From contig JBBSXD010000002.1 of assembly GCA_038045965.1 (NCBI GenBank), positions 1 to 36,746 of the forward strand: DNA of 36,746 bases, written 5' to 3'. Below, piece by piece: positions 1 to 9,234 of this stretch (positions are counted from its first letter, which is position 1; each line of letters begins with the position of its first letter). The translations under genes were made by a program, and so were the position numbers. Origin of the DNA: Nanobdellota archaeon (GTDB lineage: Archaea; Nanobdellota; Nanobdellia; Pacearchaeales; GW2011-AR1). A model generated the notes under the pieces. It did no database searches, was not told the origin of the DNA, and worked only from the letters and a program-made list of their open reading frames with translations.

Positions 1-2
1 TA

Positions 3-113
3 TCTGGAAAATGGAGTTGTTGGCTAAGTTCAAATATAAGAATAATTTATAGTATAAAAGACATTGAGAAAACAATAATAATTGAAGCTATTGGAACTCA
101 TAAAATCTATTAA
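3..113 (+). CDS. RelE/YafQ-like toxin, C-terminal part (truncated by window edge)
   Basis: Hand translation SGKWSCWLSSNIRIIYSIKDIEKTIIIEAIGTHKIY*; RIIY...IGTH ending is typical of RelE/YafQ-fold mRNA interferases. Confidence 0.75.
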   Translation, partial: SGKWSCWLSSNIRIIYSIKDIEKTIIIEAIGTHKIY

Positions 114-115
114 CA

Positions 116-265
116 TTAATATTCAAAATCTTTAACTTTTCTTCTTTTAATATTATCCTCACTTTCTAAGATCTGAGATATCATATCAGAGTTCTGTAAT
201 ACTTCTATTGTTTCTTTCATTCCCTCATATTCTTTCAAGGATATTTTAATCATATTTTCTTCCAT
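116..265 (-). CDS. Putative 49-aa antitoxin (YefM/RelB C-terminal-like), convergent on the toxin
   Basis: MEENMIKISLKEYEGMKETIEVLQNSDMISQILESEDNIKRRKVKDFEY; EYE..KETIEVL resembles Phd/YefM toxin-binding helix; upstream GAAAGATTATAA BRE/TATA. Confidence 0.7.
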   Translation of the reverse strand: MEENMIKISLKEYEGMKETIEVLQNSDMISQILESEDNIKRRKVKDFEY

Positions 266-315
266 AATTAATACAATTATCTCAGACTTATAATCTTTCC
301 GGTTGTATTTCTTTT

Positions 316-480
316 TTAAAATTCTGCAAAGTCTTTAATTATAGAATTTCTTCTTGATACAATATCCAATTGTTCAGAAGTTAATTCATTAAAACTTAAT
401 CCTTGTACATAAATATTTCCAAATCTTATTTGTATATCATATAATTTAAGGTTGTGTAATTTTTCTATTTTTTTATCTAA
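316..480 (-). pseudogene. Start-less 54-codon frame, probable frameshifted continuation of 473..808
   Basis: LDKKIEKLHNLK...IIKDFAEF* open in the +1 frame, overlapping the end of the upstream ORF; no ATG. Confidence 0.45.
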
Positions 481-808
481 CTTTACTTACCCTACTAATT
501 ACTTCTTTATATTTATCTGATAATCTCTCTAAACTTTCTTTATGAAGTTTATCATTAAATTCTTCATTTTTGTAAAAGCTTTTTTCGTAATTCTCACGAT
601 CTTCATTTAGTCCTTTGTCATAAAGTTTTATAGCTATTGCGGTGTAAACTCCAAGCCCTAATCCCACATACCACACTAAGCTTAAATCTGATGAATTAAT
701 TTTTAATTGATGAATAAAATCTGAAATTAATAATCCGACTCCTGCACATGACGATCCAATCAAAAATTTCTCAATACCATTCATCTTAAATCTTGTATAT
801 ATCTTCAC
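473..808 (-). CDS. Hypothetical membrane protein (two hydrophobic segments)
   Basis: ORF track; Gly-rich hydrophobic stretches; ATGA overlap with upstream gene. Confidence 0.65.
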   Translation of the reverse strand: MKIYTRFKMNGIEKFLIGSSCAGVGLLISDFIHQLKINSSDLSLVWYVGLGLGVYTAIAIKLYDKGLNEDRENYEKSFYKNEEFNDKLHKESLERLSDKYKEVISRVSKVR

Positions 809-1536
809 TCTTCTTCCTTCTGTCCTAATGAAGTTAAAACATCATATAATTTAGGTTTATATTTATCCTCTGTAGTTTTAAGATAATCTCTAACTTTATT
901 ATCATTTTCATTTAAATATTCTTGTGATTCTTTAAGATATTTTTGGAATTTTCCTAGAGAAAATTCTGAAGAAATTTTGCTATTAGAATTAGCTATTGAA
1001 TCAGCAAAAAATTCAATAAAGGACTTTGTTGAATCCGGAGAATCTTTATATTCTTCTTTATATTTCCTTAAAGCTAATAATTTTATTTCTCTTTCTAATT
1101 CTTTTAATTCATTAGGATTTTTATTTCCTTTTTTAACTTCATCTTGAGTAACTGCCATTTGATAACCTAAATATAAAAATGAATGATAATCTGAAACTTC
1201 TCCTTTTGAACTTGGAGGAATATACTGTAAAGAACTTGCTAATACTTCTAAAGGTGCATCACTAATTATAGCTTCTAGATCTTTACCTTCTGAAGCTTCC
1301 TTATTCATTGCTTCAAGATTTCTTTTTAAAACAGGAATCCCAACCTTAGGATCTTGTGACATCACCGCAGCCATCTGTGATCTATCTTCCGGTTGAATAT
1401 TATTATACTCTCCACCAAAATAAGCTCTTTCTATTTGTTCTCTTTGTTTTCCCTCATCTGCATCTCTCTTTAAGAGACTTTCTATAACTGCTTTACTTTT
1501 TCTTCTTTCAACCGCTTCTTCATATTTATTTGCCAT
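805..1536 (-). CDS. Hypothetical helical protein
   Basis: 243-aa ORF, upstream GAAAAGTTTATAAA promoter; no recognised motif. Confidence 0.75.
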   Translation of the reverse strand: MANKYEEAVERRKSKAVIESLLKRDADEGKQREQIERAYFGGEYNNIQPEDRSQMAAVMSQDPKVGIPVLKRNLEAMNKEASEGKDLEAIISDAPLEVLASSLQYIPPSSKGEVSDYHSFLYLGYQMAVTQDEVKKGNKNPNELKELEREIKLLALRKYKEEYKDSPDSTKSFIEFFADSIANSNSKISSEFSLGKFQKYLKESQEYLNENDNKVRDYLKTTEDKYKPKLYDVLTSLGQKEEE

Positions 1537-1610
1537 TTTTCTTAATATTCATAAATATCACAGCTTTATAAACTTTTCTATTTGTTTCAATCTAATAGTA
1601 GTAACAATAA

Positions 1611-4571
1611 TTAACTAGAATTATTATCTTCATAAAAATCTATTTCTTTAATACTCTCACTATCATCTTCTACTTCTATATTATCTTCGATCTGATGTTT
1701 CTTTTCCAATTTCTCAATATTATTCTGGCTAACATCTTTTTCAATTTGATTAGAAACCTCTTGAATTGTAGAAATCTCATCTATATTCTCAACTGGCTGA
1801 TACAAAATATCTTTCTCAGCAATAATTTTTATATTATCTTCATTCAATAAATTATTTTTATCTGCATTATTACTTATCTTAACTTCCCCTTCCCCTATAT
1901 CTTCAGATAAAGCCGTTTGAGCTCTTTTATTCCAATTATGATACCTTCCTTTATTCTCCCAACTATTTTCATTATTATTAACCGCTTTATTTTTATCTCC
2001 ATATAATCTCTCAATTTTTTTTCTTTCTTTCCATTTTTTAAACTTTTCCCATTTCTTCATATTTTTTAACTTCCTTCTTTCATCACTATCTAAATCCTTA
2101 CTTATAAAATTTTTATTATCAAAATTATTTTCAACTAAATTACTATCCTTATTTTTATTAATTGAATTATTAATATTATTTTTAACAATAACATTTTCAT
2201 CTCTAATAAAATAATTTTCTTTCTCCAAATCACCAACGAGTTTAGAAACATCATAAGCAGCATCTGCATTAATACTTATACTTCTTATTCCTTTACTAAC
2301 TAAAAATTTTATCATTTCCTTTTTGCTTCCTGCCTGCCCGCATATACTTGTAACTACATTCCTTTTTTTACAAGCATCTATTACTTTACCAATTTGAGAA
2401 AAAATAGCAGGATGTAATTCATTATATAAAAACTGAACTCCTTCTTCTCCTCTATCAACAGCCAAAGTATATTGTGTTAAATCATTAGTACCAAAACTTA
2501 CAAAATCCACATAATTAATTATATCATCTATAATTTGAACAGCAGAAGGAGTTTCTATCATAACTCCAAATTCCATATTATCAGTTTTAAATTCTTCAAG
2601 ATATTTTCTAGCTTCTTTAACTTCTTCTATACTTATTATCTGAGGAAACATAACTCCTAACTTTTTTTGAGGATTAGCTTGAGCCACTTTTTTAACAGCT
2701 AATAATTCTGCCTTTAATATTCCAGGATGTTTTAAACTAAATCTTATACCATGAAAACCTAACATAGGATTAATTTCTTTTTGAGGAGCCCCTTCCAAAC
2801 TACTATATTCATCAGTTCTAATATCGCTAGATCTTATCCAAACATTATCAAAATGTTTTACAATTTTTATTATTCCTTCTTCTATTAACTTACTATAATC
2901 ATCTAACTTATTATTTTTCTCATACCATAAAGGATGTTTTCCTAAACTTGCAATTATGCCTTCTATTCTAGTTAACCCCACTTCTTTAATTCCAGATTGA
3001 GCTGCTCTCTCTGCATAATCAGGCAAATCCACAATCAATTTAATTTTTACTCTATTAGTTTCAAGAGATTTTTTTATTTCTACAAAACTATTTTGAGAAA
3101 CTTCTCCCTCATAAACTTTTCCGCTAAATCCATCTACACTAACTTTCATTCCATCTTTTAATTTAGAGCTTGCATTTCCTGTTCCAACAACTGCGGGAAT
3201 TCCCATTTCTCTGCTTACTATAGCTGCATGACTTGTTATACCCCCTTCATCAGTAATTATTGCGGTAGATTTCTGCATACTAACTACCATGTCAGGATTA
3301 GTCATTTTTGTCACCATCACTTCTCCTTTTTTTATATTAACCAAATCTTCCATACTATGAATAATTCTAACAACACCTACTCCAATCCCAGGACTAGCAG
3401 CTAACCCTTCAACAATAATATTTCCCTCTAAATTTTTCTTTTCTTTTTTATTTCCTAAAGTGGTAATAGGTCTAGACTGCACTATGTAAATATGTCCGCT
3501 CTCAACAGCAAATTCAATATCCTGCGGTTTCCCATAATGTTCTTCTAGTCTTATAGCAAAATCTGCTATTTCTTTAATTTCTCCCTTAGTTAAAACTTGA
3601 CTATTTCTTCTTGATTCACTTAATCTCACTATTTCATTACTCCCCCCAGAAGTTCTTACAATAGCAATTTTTTTATCTCTAATCTTAATATCTTTTATTT
3701 CTAAATTTCTATCTACAACATAACTATCAGGATTAATTTTTCCGCTGACTATTCCTTCCCCCAATCCATAAACAGCTTCTACAACAATATCTTCATTCTG
3801 ATTAATTGGGTCTCTTGAAAAAACCACTCCAGATTTTTCACTATCAATCATTTTTTGGACTACAACAGCTATTGAAGCTTTAGAAAAACCTTTTTTCTTT
3901 CTATAAAAAATAGCTCTAGGAGTATAAAGGGAAGAAAAACATTTTTTAATATATTCTATTAAATTATTTTCTCCTTTAACATTCAGAAAACTATCCTGCT
4001 GTCCAGCAAAACTAGCATCAGCTAAATCTTCAGTAGTAGCAGAACTTCTAACAGAAACAAAAATAGGTTCATGAGAATTTTTTAGAATGGATAAAGCACT
4101 GCCATTAATATTATAATTTACAGAACCAAAATTTTCATCACTTAAGATTTTATAGTTATCTAAAATTTCTTCTTTTAAATCAGAAGGAATCTTCCCATTT
4201 TCTATTAAACTTCTTATTTTTTTTGAGGCTTCATTTAAAACAGAAGTATCATCTACATTTAATTCAGAAATAGTTTTATTAATCTCATCATTCAAATCAG
4301 ATTTTTTCAAATAATATTCATATGCCTGAGCTGTTACAACATATCCTTGAGGAACTGGAAATTTACTTACAAACATTTCTCCCAGATTTGCTCCCTTTCC
4401 CCCTGCAACAGGAATATCTTTCTTATTTAATTCAGAAAACCATCTCACATAACTTTCACCATTTTTCATATCAGAAATTATATTATTATCTTTGGAAATA
4501 TCTTCTCGAGAATTACTTTTGTCATTAATATCTAAATTTTTAAGAGAATCTTTAACCAAAGAAATAGACAT
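1611..4571 (-). CDS. ppsA: Phosphoenolpyruvate synthase (pyruvate,water dikinase) with long low-complexity C-terminal tail
   Basis: GGKGANLGEM, VRSSATTEDLADASFAGQ, phospho-His motif GGITSHAAIVSRE, NPMLGFHGIR, SFGTNDLTQ, SICGQ. Confidence 0.95.
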   Translation of the reverse strand: MSISLVKDSLKNLDINDKSNSREDISKDNNIISDMKNGESYVRWFSELNKKDIPVAGGKGANLGEMFVSKFPVPQGYVVTAQAYEYYLKKSDLNDEINKTISELNVDDTSVLNEASKKIRSLIENGKIPSDLKEEILDNYKILSDENFGSVNYNINGSALSILKNSHEPIFVSVRSSATTEDLADASFAGQQDSFLNVKGENNLIEYIKKCFSSLYTPRAIFYRKKKGFSKASIAVVVQKMIDSEKSGVVFSRDPINQNEDIVVEAVYGLGEGIVSGKINPDSYVVDRNLEIKDIKIRDKKIAIVRTSGGSNEIVRLSESRRNSQVLTKGEIKEIADFAIRLEEHYGKPQDIEFAVESGHIYIVQSRPITTLGNKKEKKNLEGNIIVEGLAASPGIGVGVVRIIHSMEDLVNIKKGEVMVTKMTNPDMVVSMQKSTAIITDEGGITSHAAIVSREMGIPAVVGTGNASSKLKDGMKVSVDGFSGKVYEGEVSQNSFVEIKKSLETNRVKIKLIVDLPDYAERAAQSGIKEVGLTRIEGIIASLGKHPLWYEKNNKLDDYSKLIEEGIIKIVKHFDNVWIRSSDIRTDEYSSLEGAPQKEINPMLGFHGIRFSLKHPGILKAELLAVKKVAQANPQKKLGVMFPQIISIEEVKEARKYLEEFKTDNMEFGVMIETPSAVQIIDDIINYVDFVSFGTNDLTQYTLAVDRGEEGVQFLYNELHPAIFSQIGKVIDACKKRNVVTSICGQAGSKKEMIKFLVSKGIRSISINADAAYDVSKLVGDLEKENYFIRDENVIVKNNINNSINKNKDSNLVENNFDNKNFISKDLDSDERRKLKNMKKWEKFKKWKERKKIERLYGDKNKAVNNNENSWENKGRYHNWNKRAQTALSEDIGEGEVKISNNADKNNLLNEDNIKIIAEKDILYQPVENIDEISTIQEVSNQIEKDVSQNNIEKLEKKHQIEDNIEVEDDSESIKEIDFYEDNNSS

Positions 4572-4705
4572 TTTTATTACCTCTTTTATTATCCATATTA
4601 TAAAAGAATAAAAATAATATTTAAACTTTTGTATATATAATTTATAAAATATAATCTAAATTACAAATAAGAAATTTATATAAACTAAATATACTAAAAA
4701 TTATT

Positions 4706-5590
4706 ATGAATAAAAATCGATACTCAAAATTAAAAGATATAGAATACCCTCATCCATTCACAAGAAAATATCTTTCTCATATAATTATTCTAATAATTTT
4801 TTTATTGATATTACAAACTATTTTCCTAATAGTACTCTGGAATAAAATGATAAGCTCTCAAAAAGATTTAGAATTTTTTCAAGAGAAATTAAAAAAAGAT
4901 ATGGAAATAAACAATGCTGAGATAAGAAATAAGATCAATGAATTAACAGAGAATTTGTTTGGCATAGAAGATTCATTTAAATCAGAGATTAGTAATATAA
5001 AAGCCAAAACAAGCTCAGATTTCTCTGGTATAATAAAACAATCGATACCGTCAGTTGTAACGATAAAAACAAATATTGCACAAGGAACTGGATTTTTAAT
5101 TTCCAAAGAAGGATATGTTGTAACAAATGCTCATGTTTTGTCTGGATCAAATTTTGCAAATGCAATAACTTCGGAAAGAAAAGTTTTGTCGATGCAATTA
5201 ATTGGATATAACGAAGAACTAGATATTGCTTTATTAAAAATCTCTCCCCAAGATTTATTTTTAGAATTTGCTTCCTCTAATGAAATAGAAGTTGGAGAAA
5301 AAGTTATTGCAATAGGAAATCCTTTAGGACTTTCATTTTCAGTTTCTGAAGGAATAGTCTCTGCAAAAAATAGAGAAGGATTAAATAAAATTCCAGGTTA
5401 TATCCAAACAGACGCAGCATTAAATCCAGGAAATTCTGGAGGACCTTTAATAAATTCAGACGGAAAAGTTATAGGTATCAATAATTTCAAAGCCCAAGGA
5501 GATAACATAGGATTTGCTCTTCAAAGCGAATATATAATCGAAACTACGAATGAAATAGCTTTAAGAAGTTTAAATCAGACAGTAATATAG
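4706..5590 (+). CDS. Membrane-anchored HtrA/DegS-like trypsin serine protease, no PDZ domain
   Basis: N-terminal TM helix and coiled coil; TNAHV, DIAL, QTDAALNPGNSGGP catalytic motifs. Confidence 0.92.
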   Translation: MNKNRYSKLKDIEYPHPFTRKYLSHIIILIIFLLILQTIFLIVLWNKMISSQKDLEFFQEKLKKDMEINNAEIRNKINELTENLFGIEDSFKSEISNIKAKTSSDFSGIIKQSIPSVVTIKTNIAQGTGFLISKEGYVVTNAHVLSGSNFANAITSERKVLSMQLIGYNEELDIALLKISPQDLFLEFASSNEIEVGEKVIAIGNPLGLSFSVSEGIVSAKNREGLNKIPGYIQTDAALNPGNSGGPLINSDGKVIGINNFKAQGDNIGFALQSEYIIETTNEIALRSLNQTVI

Positions 5591-5601
5591 GAAAAATAAA
5601 A

Positions 5602-5677
5602 GTGACATCTTCCTCGCCATAAAGGGTTGCTCACTTCGTTCGCAACTTTTTGCCTTCGGCAAAAAACAAAGCATCCT
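5602..5677 (-). mobile_element. IS200/IS605-like right-end relic / MITE with internal hairpins
   Basis: GC-rich; minus strand ends CCCTTTATGGCGAGGAAGATGTCAC; internal hairpins TTGC...GCAA and TTTTTGCC-TTC-GGCAAAAA; lies between convergent genes. Confidence 0.5.
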
Positions 5678-5743
5678 AACTAAATATATCCCTATGCTTT
5701 TCTTGATTCTCTATTTAATATTATCCAAAGAAATCTCAACTAT

Positions 5744-7399
5744 TCACTTCCCTCTACTTTTAATAAACTCTCTTAATAAATTGATAATCTCTTCCTTTTT
5801 ATTGGGCAAAAAAGTTATTGAGCCAGCATTTTTATGCCCTCCACCTTCGCAAAATGAAGCTGGAGATTTTTTATTAATAAAAGTTATAAGTTCATGAACA
5901 GAAAAATTAGATTCGTCTGTAGCTCTTAAAGTTATAGCAGTAGCCATTATTCCAGCAGTCACTAAATTAGTTATCTTTTTAGTCTTTTGTAAATCATCAT
6001 GAGTCATTCCCACTGCCATTCCAGGCTTAGGATAAAAACCAAATCCTGGAAAAGTTTTCTCTATATCAATAATCTGTAAAGTAGTTTTTTCTATTAATTC
6101 AGTTTTTGCATTTGCTTTTGCAATTGCTAAACCTTTTTCTGATAATTTTCTTATATAAGGAGCCATTAATTTAACTAAAAGTTTTTGTTGAGATCTTGGT
6201 TCTCCAAATAAAACTTCTATATATTCTCTAACTTCCATAAATCTAATTTTAGAAGAAACAAAATCTATTACAGATGCAATTTCATATAACAATTCTTTGT
6301 TATAACCTTCTTTTTCAGCAATATCTAAATAATCATCAACAGCTTTTTTATTTCCTATATCTATTCTATCAGCAAGTCCTGCCATTCCAGCAATTTGACT
6401 TACATTTTTAACATCAGGATTAATAAATCTAGCAAATTCTGTGCATAACATTCCAGCAGAAAAATGAGCTCCATTTTCTCCAACTAAAAAAGGATTAATA
6501 TGAGTAAGTACTTCAGAACTAATTACATCCTCATCAAAAAAATGATGGTCAACAACAATAAAATTCATTCCATGAATTTTTCCATGTTTAATAGCCATTA
6601 GATCTTCAGGACTTGAACCGTTATCAGCTATTATAACTAAAGGCATTTTATTAGAAAATTTAGCATTATTCCTTAATGAATTTGCTGAATCTCTAATTGA
6701 ATCATCTATTTCATAAAAAGGTGCACCACATGGCGCTCTAAGAAAAAATTCCCACGCTGCTTTATCACTTTTTTGTTCTTTCTGAATTAAAGGTAGAATA
6801 GCTCTCTCAAGTGCATACCCAGAACTATAACCATCAGTATCATTATGATGTCTTACAATTATAGGTCTCTGCTGAATAATCGCCAATCTAATTTCAAAAG
6901 CGGCCTTCTCAAATGAATTTTTTAATTTATCTAAAATAACACTTTCAATCAAAAATTCGGGAGATTTAACTTTTGCTCTTTCCATCTGAACTTCTTCAAT
7001 TTTTTTAGCCAGATTTTTTTTCTCTTCTTCAGATAATTTAATTAAATTTTTTATTTCTCCTTCCAATTCTCCTTCATATTCACTTATTTCTATATTTGCT
7101 TTAACAAAATCTCCAACCTTTATCTGAGGATAAGCTCTTTCTCCAGGTTTATCAAAACCTTTTAAAGCTAAAACTCCAGTACCATCAGAAACAATAAAAA
7201 TAGTAGGTCCACCAGTTTGAACAATTCTCTCAACACTTCCACTCACAATTACTCTTTCTCTAATCATACTCAAATCAATATTTCCCATATTGAGTTTCTT
7301 CGCATTTTCAAAATTTTCAAAATTAGGATTTCTAAAACCAGCATTTCTTCCAAATTTCATTTTCTTATTTTTATTAAAATTAAAATTTTTCTTTTCCAT
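5744..7399 (-). CDS. RecJ-like (HAN-type) DHH phosphoesterase/exonuclease with N-terminal OB fold
   Basis: OB-like IVQTGGPTIFIVSDGTG; HHNDTDG, DNGS, VVDHH and DHHA1 GGGHKNAG motifs. Confidence 0.88.
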   Translation of the reverse strand: MEKKNFNFNKNKKMKFGRNAGFRNPNFENFENAKKLNMGNIDLSMIRERVIVSGSVERIVQTGGPTIFIVSDGTGVLALKGFDKPGERAYPQIKVGDFVKANIEISEYEGELEGEIKNLIKLSEEEKKNLAKKIEEVQMERAKVKSPEFLIESVILDKLKNSFEKAAFEIRLAIIQQRPIIVRHHNDTDGYSSGYALERAILPLIQKEQKSDKAAWEFFLRAPCGAPFYEIDDSIRDSANSLRNNAKFSNKMPLVIIADNGSSPEDLMAIKHGKIHGMNFIVVDHHFFDEDVISSEVLTHINPFLVGENGAHFSAGMLCTEFARFINPDVKNVSQIAGMAGLADRIDIGNKKAVDDYLDIAEKEGYNKELLYEIASVIDFVSSKIRFMEVREYIEVLFGEPRSQQKLLVKLMAPYIRKLSEKGLAIAKANAKTELIEKTTLQIIDIEKTFPGFGFYPKPGMAVGMTHDDLQKTKKITNLVTAGIMATAITLRATDESNFSVHELITFINKKSPASFCEGGGHKNAGSITFLPNKKEEIINLLREFIKSRGK

Positions 7400-7434
7400 T
7401 TCACATATTATATATCTTCCTTAATAAATCCATC

Positions 7435-8646
7435 TTAATATCTGCCTCTTCTTTCATTTCTCATACTTCCTCTTGTATATCTTCTCATTCTTTCTCCTTT
7501 CTTTTTTTCCATCCATCTAATTTTCACTCTCCTAATATATGGAATATCTTCAGATTGAATATTAAACTCCTTGCTTTCAGTAATATCTCTAAAATTATCA
7601 TAGTGTCTAGATGTTAAAATATTTATAATCTTCCCATCTTTTCCAGCTCTTGCTGTTCTCCCTATTCTATGTATATATTCATTTTTGCTCAAAGGAATAT
7701 CATAATTATAAATATGGGTTACATTCTTTATATCTAATCCTCTCGCAGCAACATCTGTAGCAACTAAAACATTAATTCCATTATTTTCTGAATTAAACAT
7801 TTTCAAAAATTTATTTCTTTTTTCTTGAGAAAAACCTCCATGAATTGGAACAACATTCATTCCCATAAAATTTAGATTTTTCGAGACAAAATCTACATTC
7901 TTTCTTGTATTGCAAAAAATCATAACTAAACCAGATTTCTCATTTTCAAGTAAATGTTTCAATAAAGAAAATTTCATATTATCTGGAACATCATAAAAAA
8001 TCTGACTAAGTTTCTTAGGATCCACATAAACTTCTGCAGATATCTCTACTGCTTCACGCATATATCTCTTAGACAATTTAACAACATCTTGATTAATTGT
8101 TGCTGAAAATAATAATGTCTGTCTTTTATTAGGACATTCTTCAATTATCTTTCTAACATCATCAATAAATCCCATCTCCAGCATTCTATCAGCTTCATCT
8201 AAAACTAAAGTATTAATTCTAGATAAATTTAAACTACCTTTATTTAAATGATCTAAAATTCTTCCTGGAGTACCAACAATAATTTCAGAACTAGGAATCA
8301 TTTTAACTTGATTATAAATAGAAACTCCTCCATAAACTGAGATAACTCTTAAATTTTTATATTTTGAAAAATCTAAAACTTGTTTTGTTACTTGTTCAGC
8401 TAATTCACGAGTAGGAGTTAATACTAATCCTTGAATTCCTTTATCTCTCTCAATATTTTTTACCAAAGCTGAGGAAAATGCTAATGTTTTTCCAGAACCT
8501 GTCGCAGCTCCAGCTATAACATCCTTACCAGAAATTATTACAGGAATAGATTTTTCCTGAATTTCCGAAGGTTCCTTAAACCCTCTATCCAAAATAGATT
8601 TCAATAGAGGATTATCTTTATCAAATAATCTTTCGAAATTTTTCAT
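7435..8646 (-). CDS. DEAD-box RNA helicase
   Basis: Q motif, ATGSGKT, PTRELA, TPGR, DEAD, SAT, ARGLD, HRIGRTAR. Confidence 0.97.
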   Translation of the reverse strand: MKNFERLFDKDNPLLKSILDRGFKEPSEIQEKSIPVIISGKDVIAGAATGSGKTLAFSSALVKNIERDKGIQGLVLTPTRELAEQVTKQVLDFSKYKNLRVISVYGGVSIYNQVKMIPSSEIIVGTPGRILDHLNKGSLNLSRINTLVLDEADRMLEMGFIDDVRKIIEECPNKRQTLLFSATINQDVVKLSKRYMREAVEISAEVYVDPKKLSQIFYDVPDNMKFSLLKHLLENEKSGLVMIFCNTRKNVDFVSKNLNFMGMNVVPIHGGFSQEKRNKFLKMFNSENNGINVLVATDVAARGLDIKNVTHIYNYDIPLSKNEYIHRIGRTARAGKDGKIINILTSRHYDNFRDITESKEFNIQSEDIPYIRRVKIRWMEKKKGERMRRYTRGSMRNERRGRY

Positions 8647-8674
8647 TTTAATTTATAACCAAAATACCTTATAG

Positions 8675-8728
8675 TCGACATTTTATTAAACATATAAATG
8701 TCGAGCGAGAAATAGCTTTGTATTTCTC
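8675..8728 (-). promoter_or_regulatory. Two tandem hairpins in probable 5' leader of the helicase
   Basis: TCGACATTT/AAATGTCGA (8675-8683/8696-8704) and GAGAAATA/TATTTCTC (8707-8714/8721-8728). Confidence 0.5.
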
Positions 8729-8813
8729 TAACAATATATAATATGTATCTTACTTATTTAATCTATACATTATCTAAATAGATAGTTTATAAAACTTTTG
8801 GAATGCCTAAAAT

Positions 8814-9170
8814 CTAATTTCCATACATCTTAACATGCTTATCAATCAAAGACCAAGCCCTAATACTTCCTTCATAATTTTTAACTTTGTATCCTTTCTT
8901 ATGCAAATATTCTGCAGCAATTCCACTTCTATTCCCAGTTCTGCAATAAACAATTACCAAATCTGATTTAGATGGTTTCTTAAATTTATATTTATCAAAG
9001 AAAATTCTCTCATCTAAATTAAAAGCTTCTTCAAAATCTTGCAAACATAAATGAACTGCACTTGGAATCATTCCATAATCTAATTCATGATTATTTCTTA
9101 CATCAATGAGAAAATAATCTTTCTTGCTATTTATAATTCTCTTAAGCTCTTTAGTTTCTATAACTTCCAT
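8814..9170 (-). CDS. Single-domain rhodanese (sulfurtransferase)
   Basis: LIDVR, IPSA, active-site YCRTGNRS, YEGSIRAW. Confidence 0.92.
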   Translation of the reverse strand: MEVIETKELKRIINSKKDYFLIDVRNNHELDYGMIPSAVHLCLQDFEEAFNLDERIFFDKYKFKKPSKSDLVIVYCRTGNRSGIAAEYLHKKGYKVKNYEGSIRAWSLIDKHVKMYGN

Positions 9171-9234
9171 ATAATAAAATAATAAAAGAACTTTAAAAAC
9201 TTAAGTTTTTATAGTTAGAAATTTTTATTTTATC

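Noticed and set aside
4322-7438. ORF-track entries 4322..4528, 4879..5106, 5694..5897 and 7217..7438
   Set aside because: Antisense shadows of well-supported genes, with no motifs
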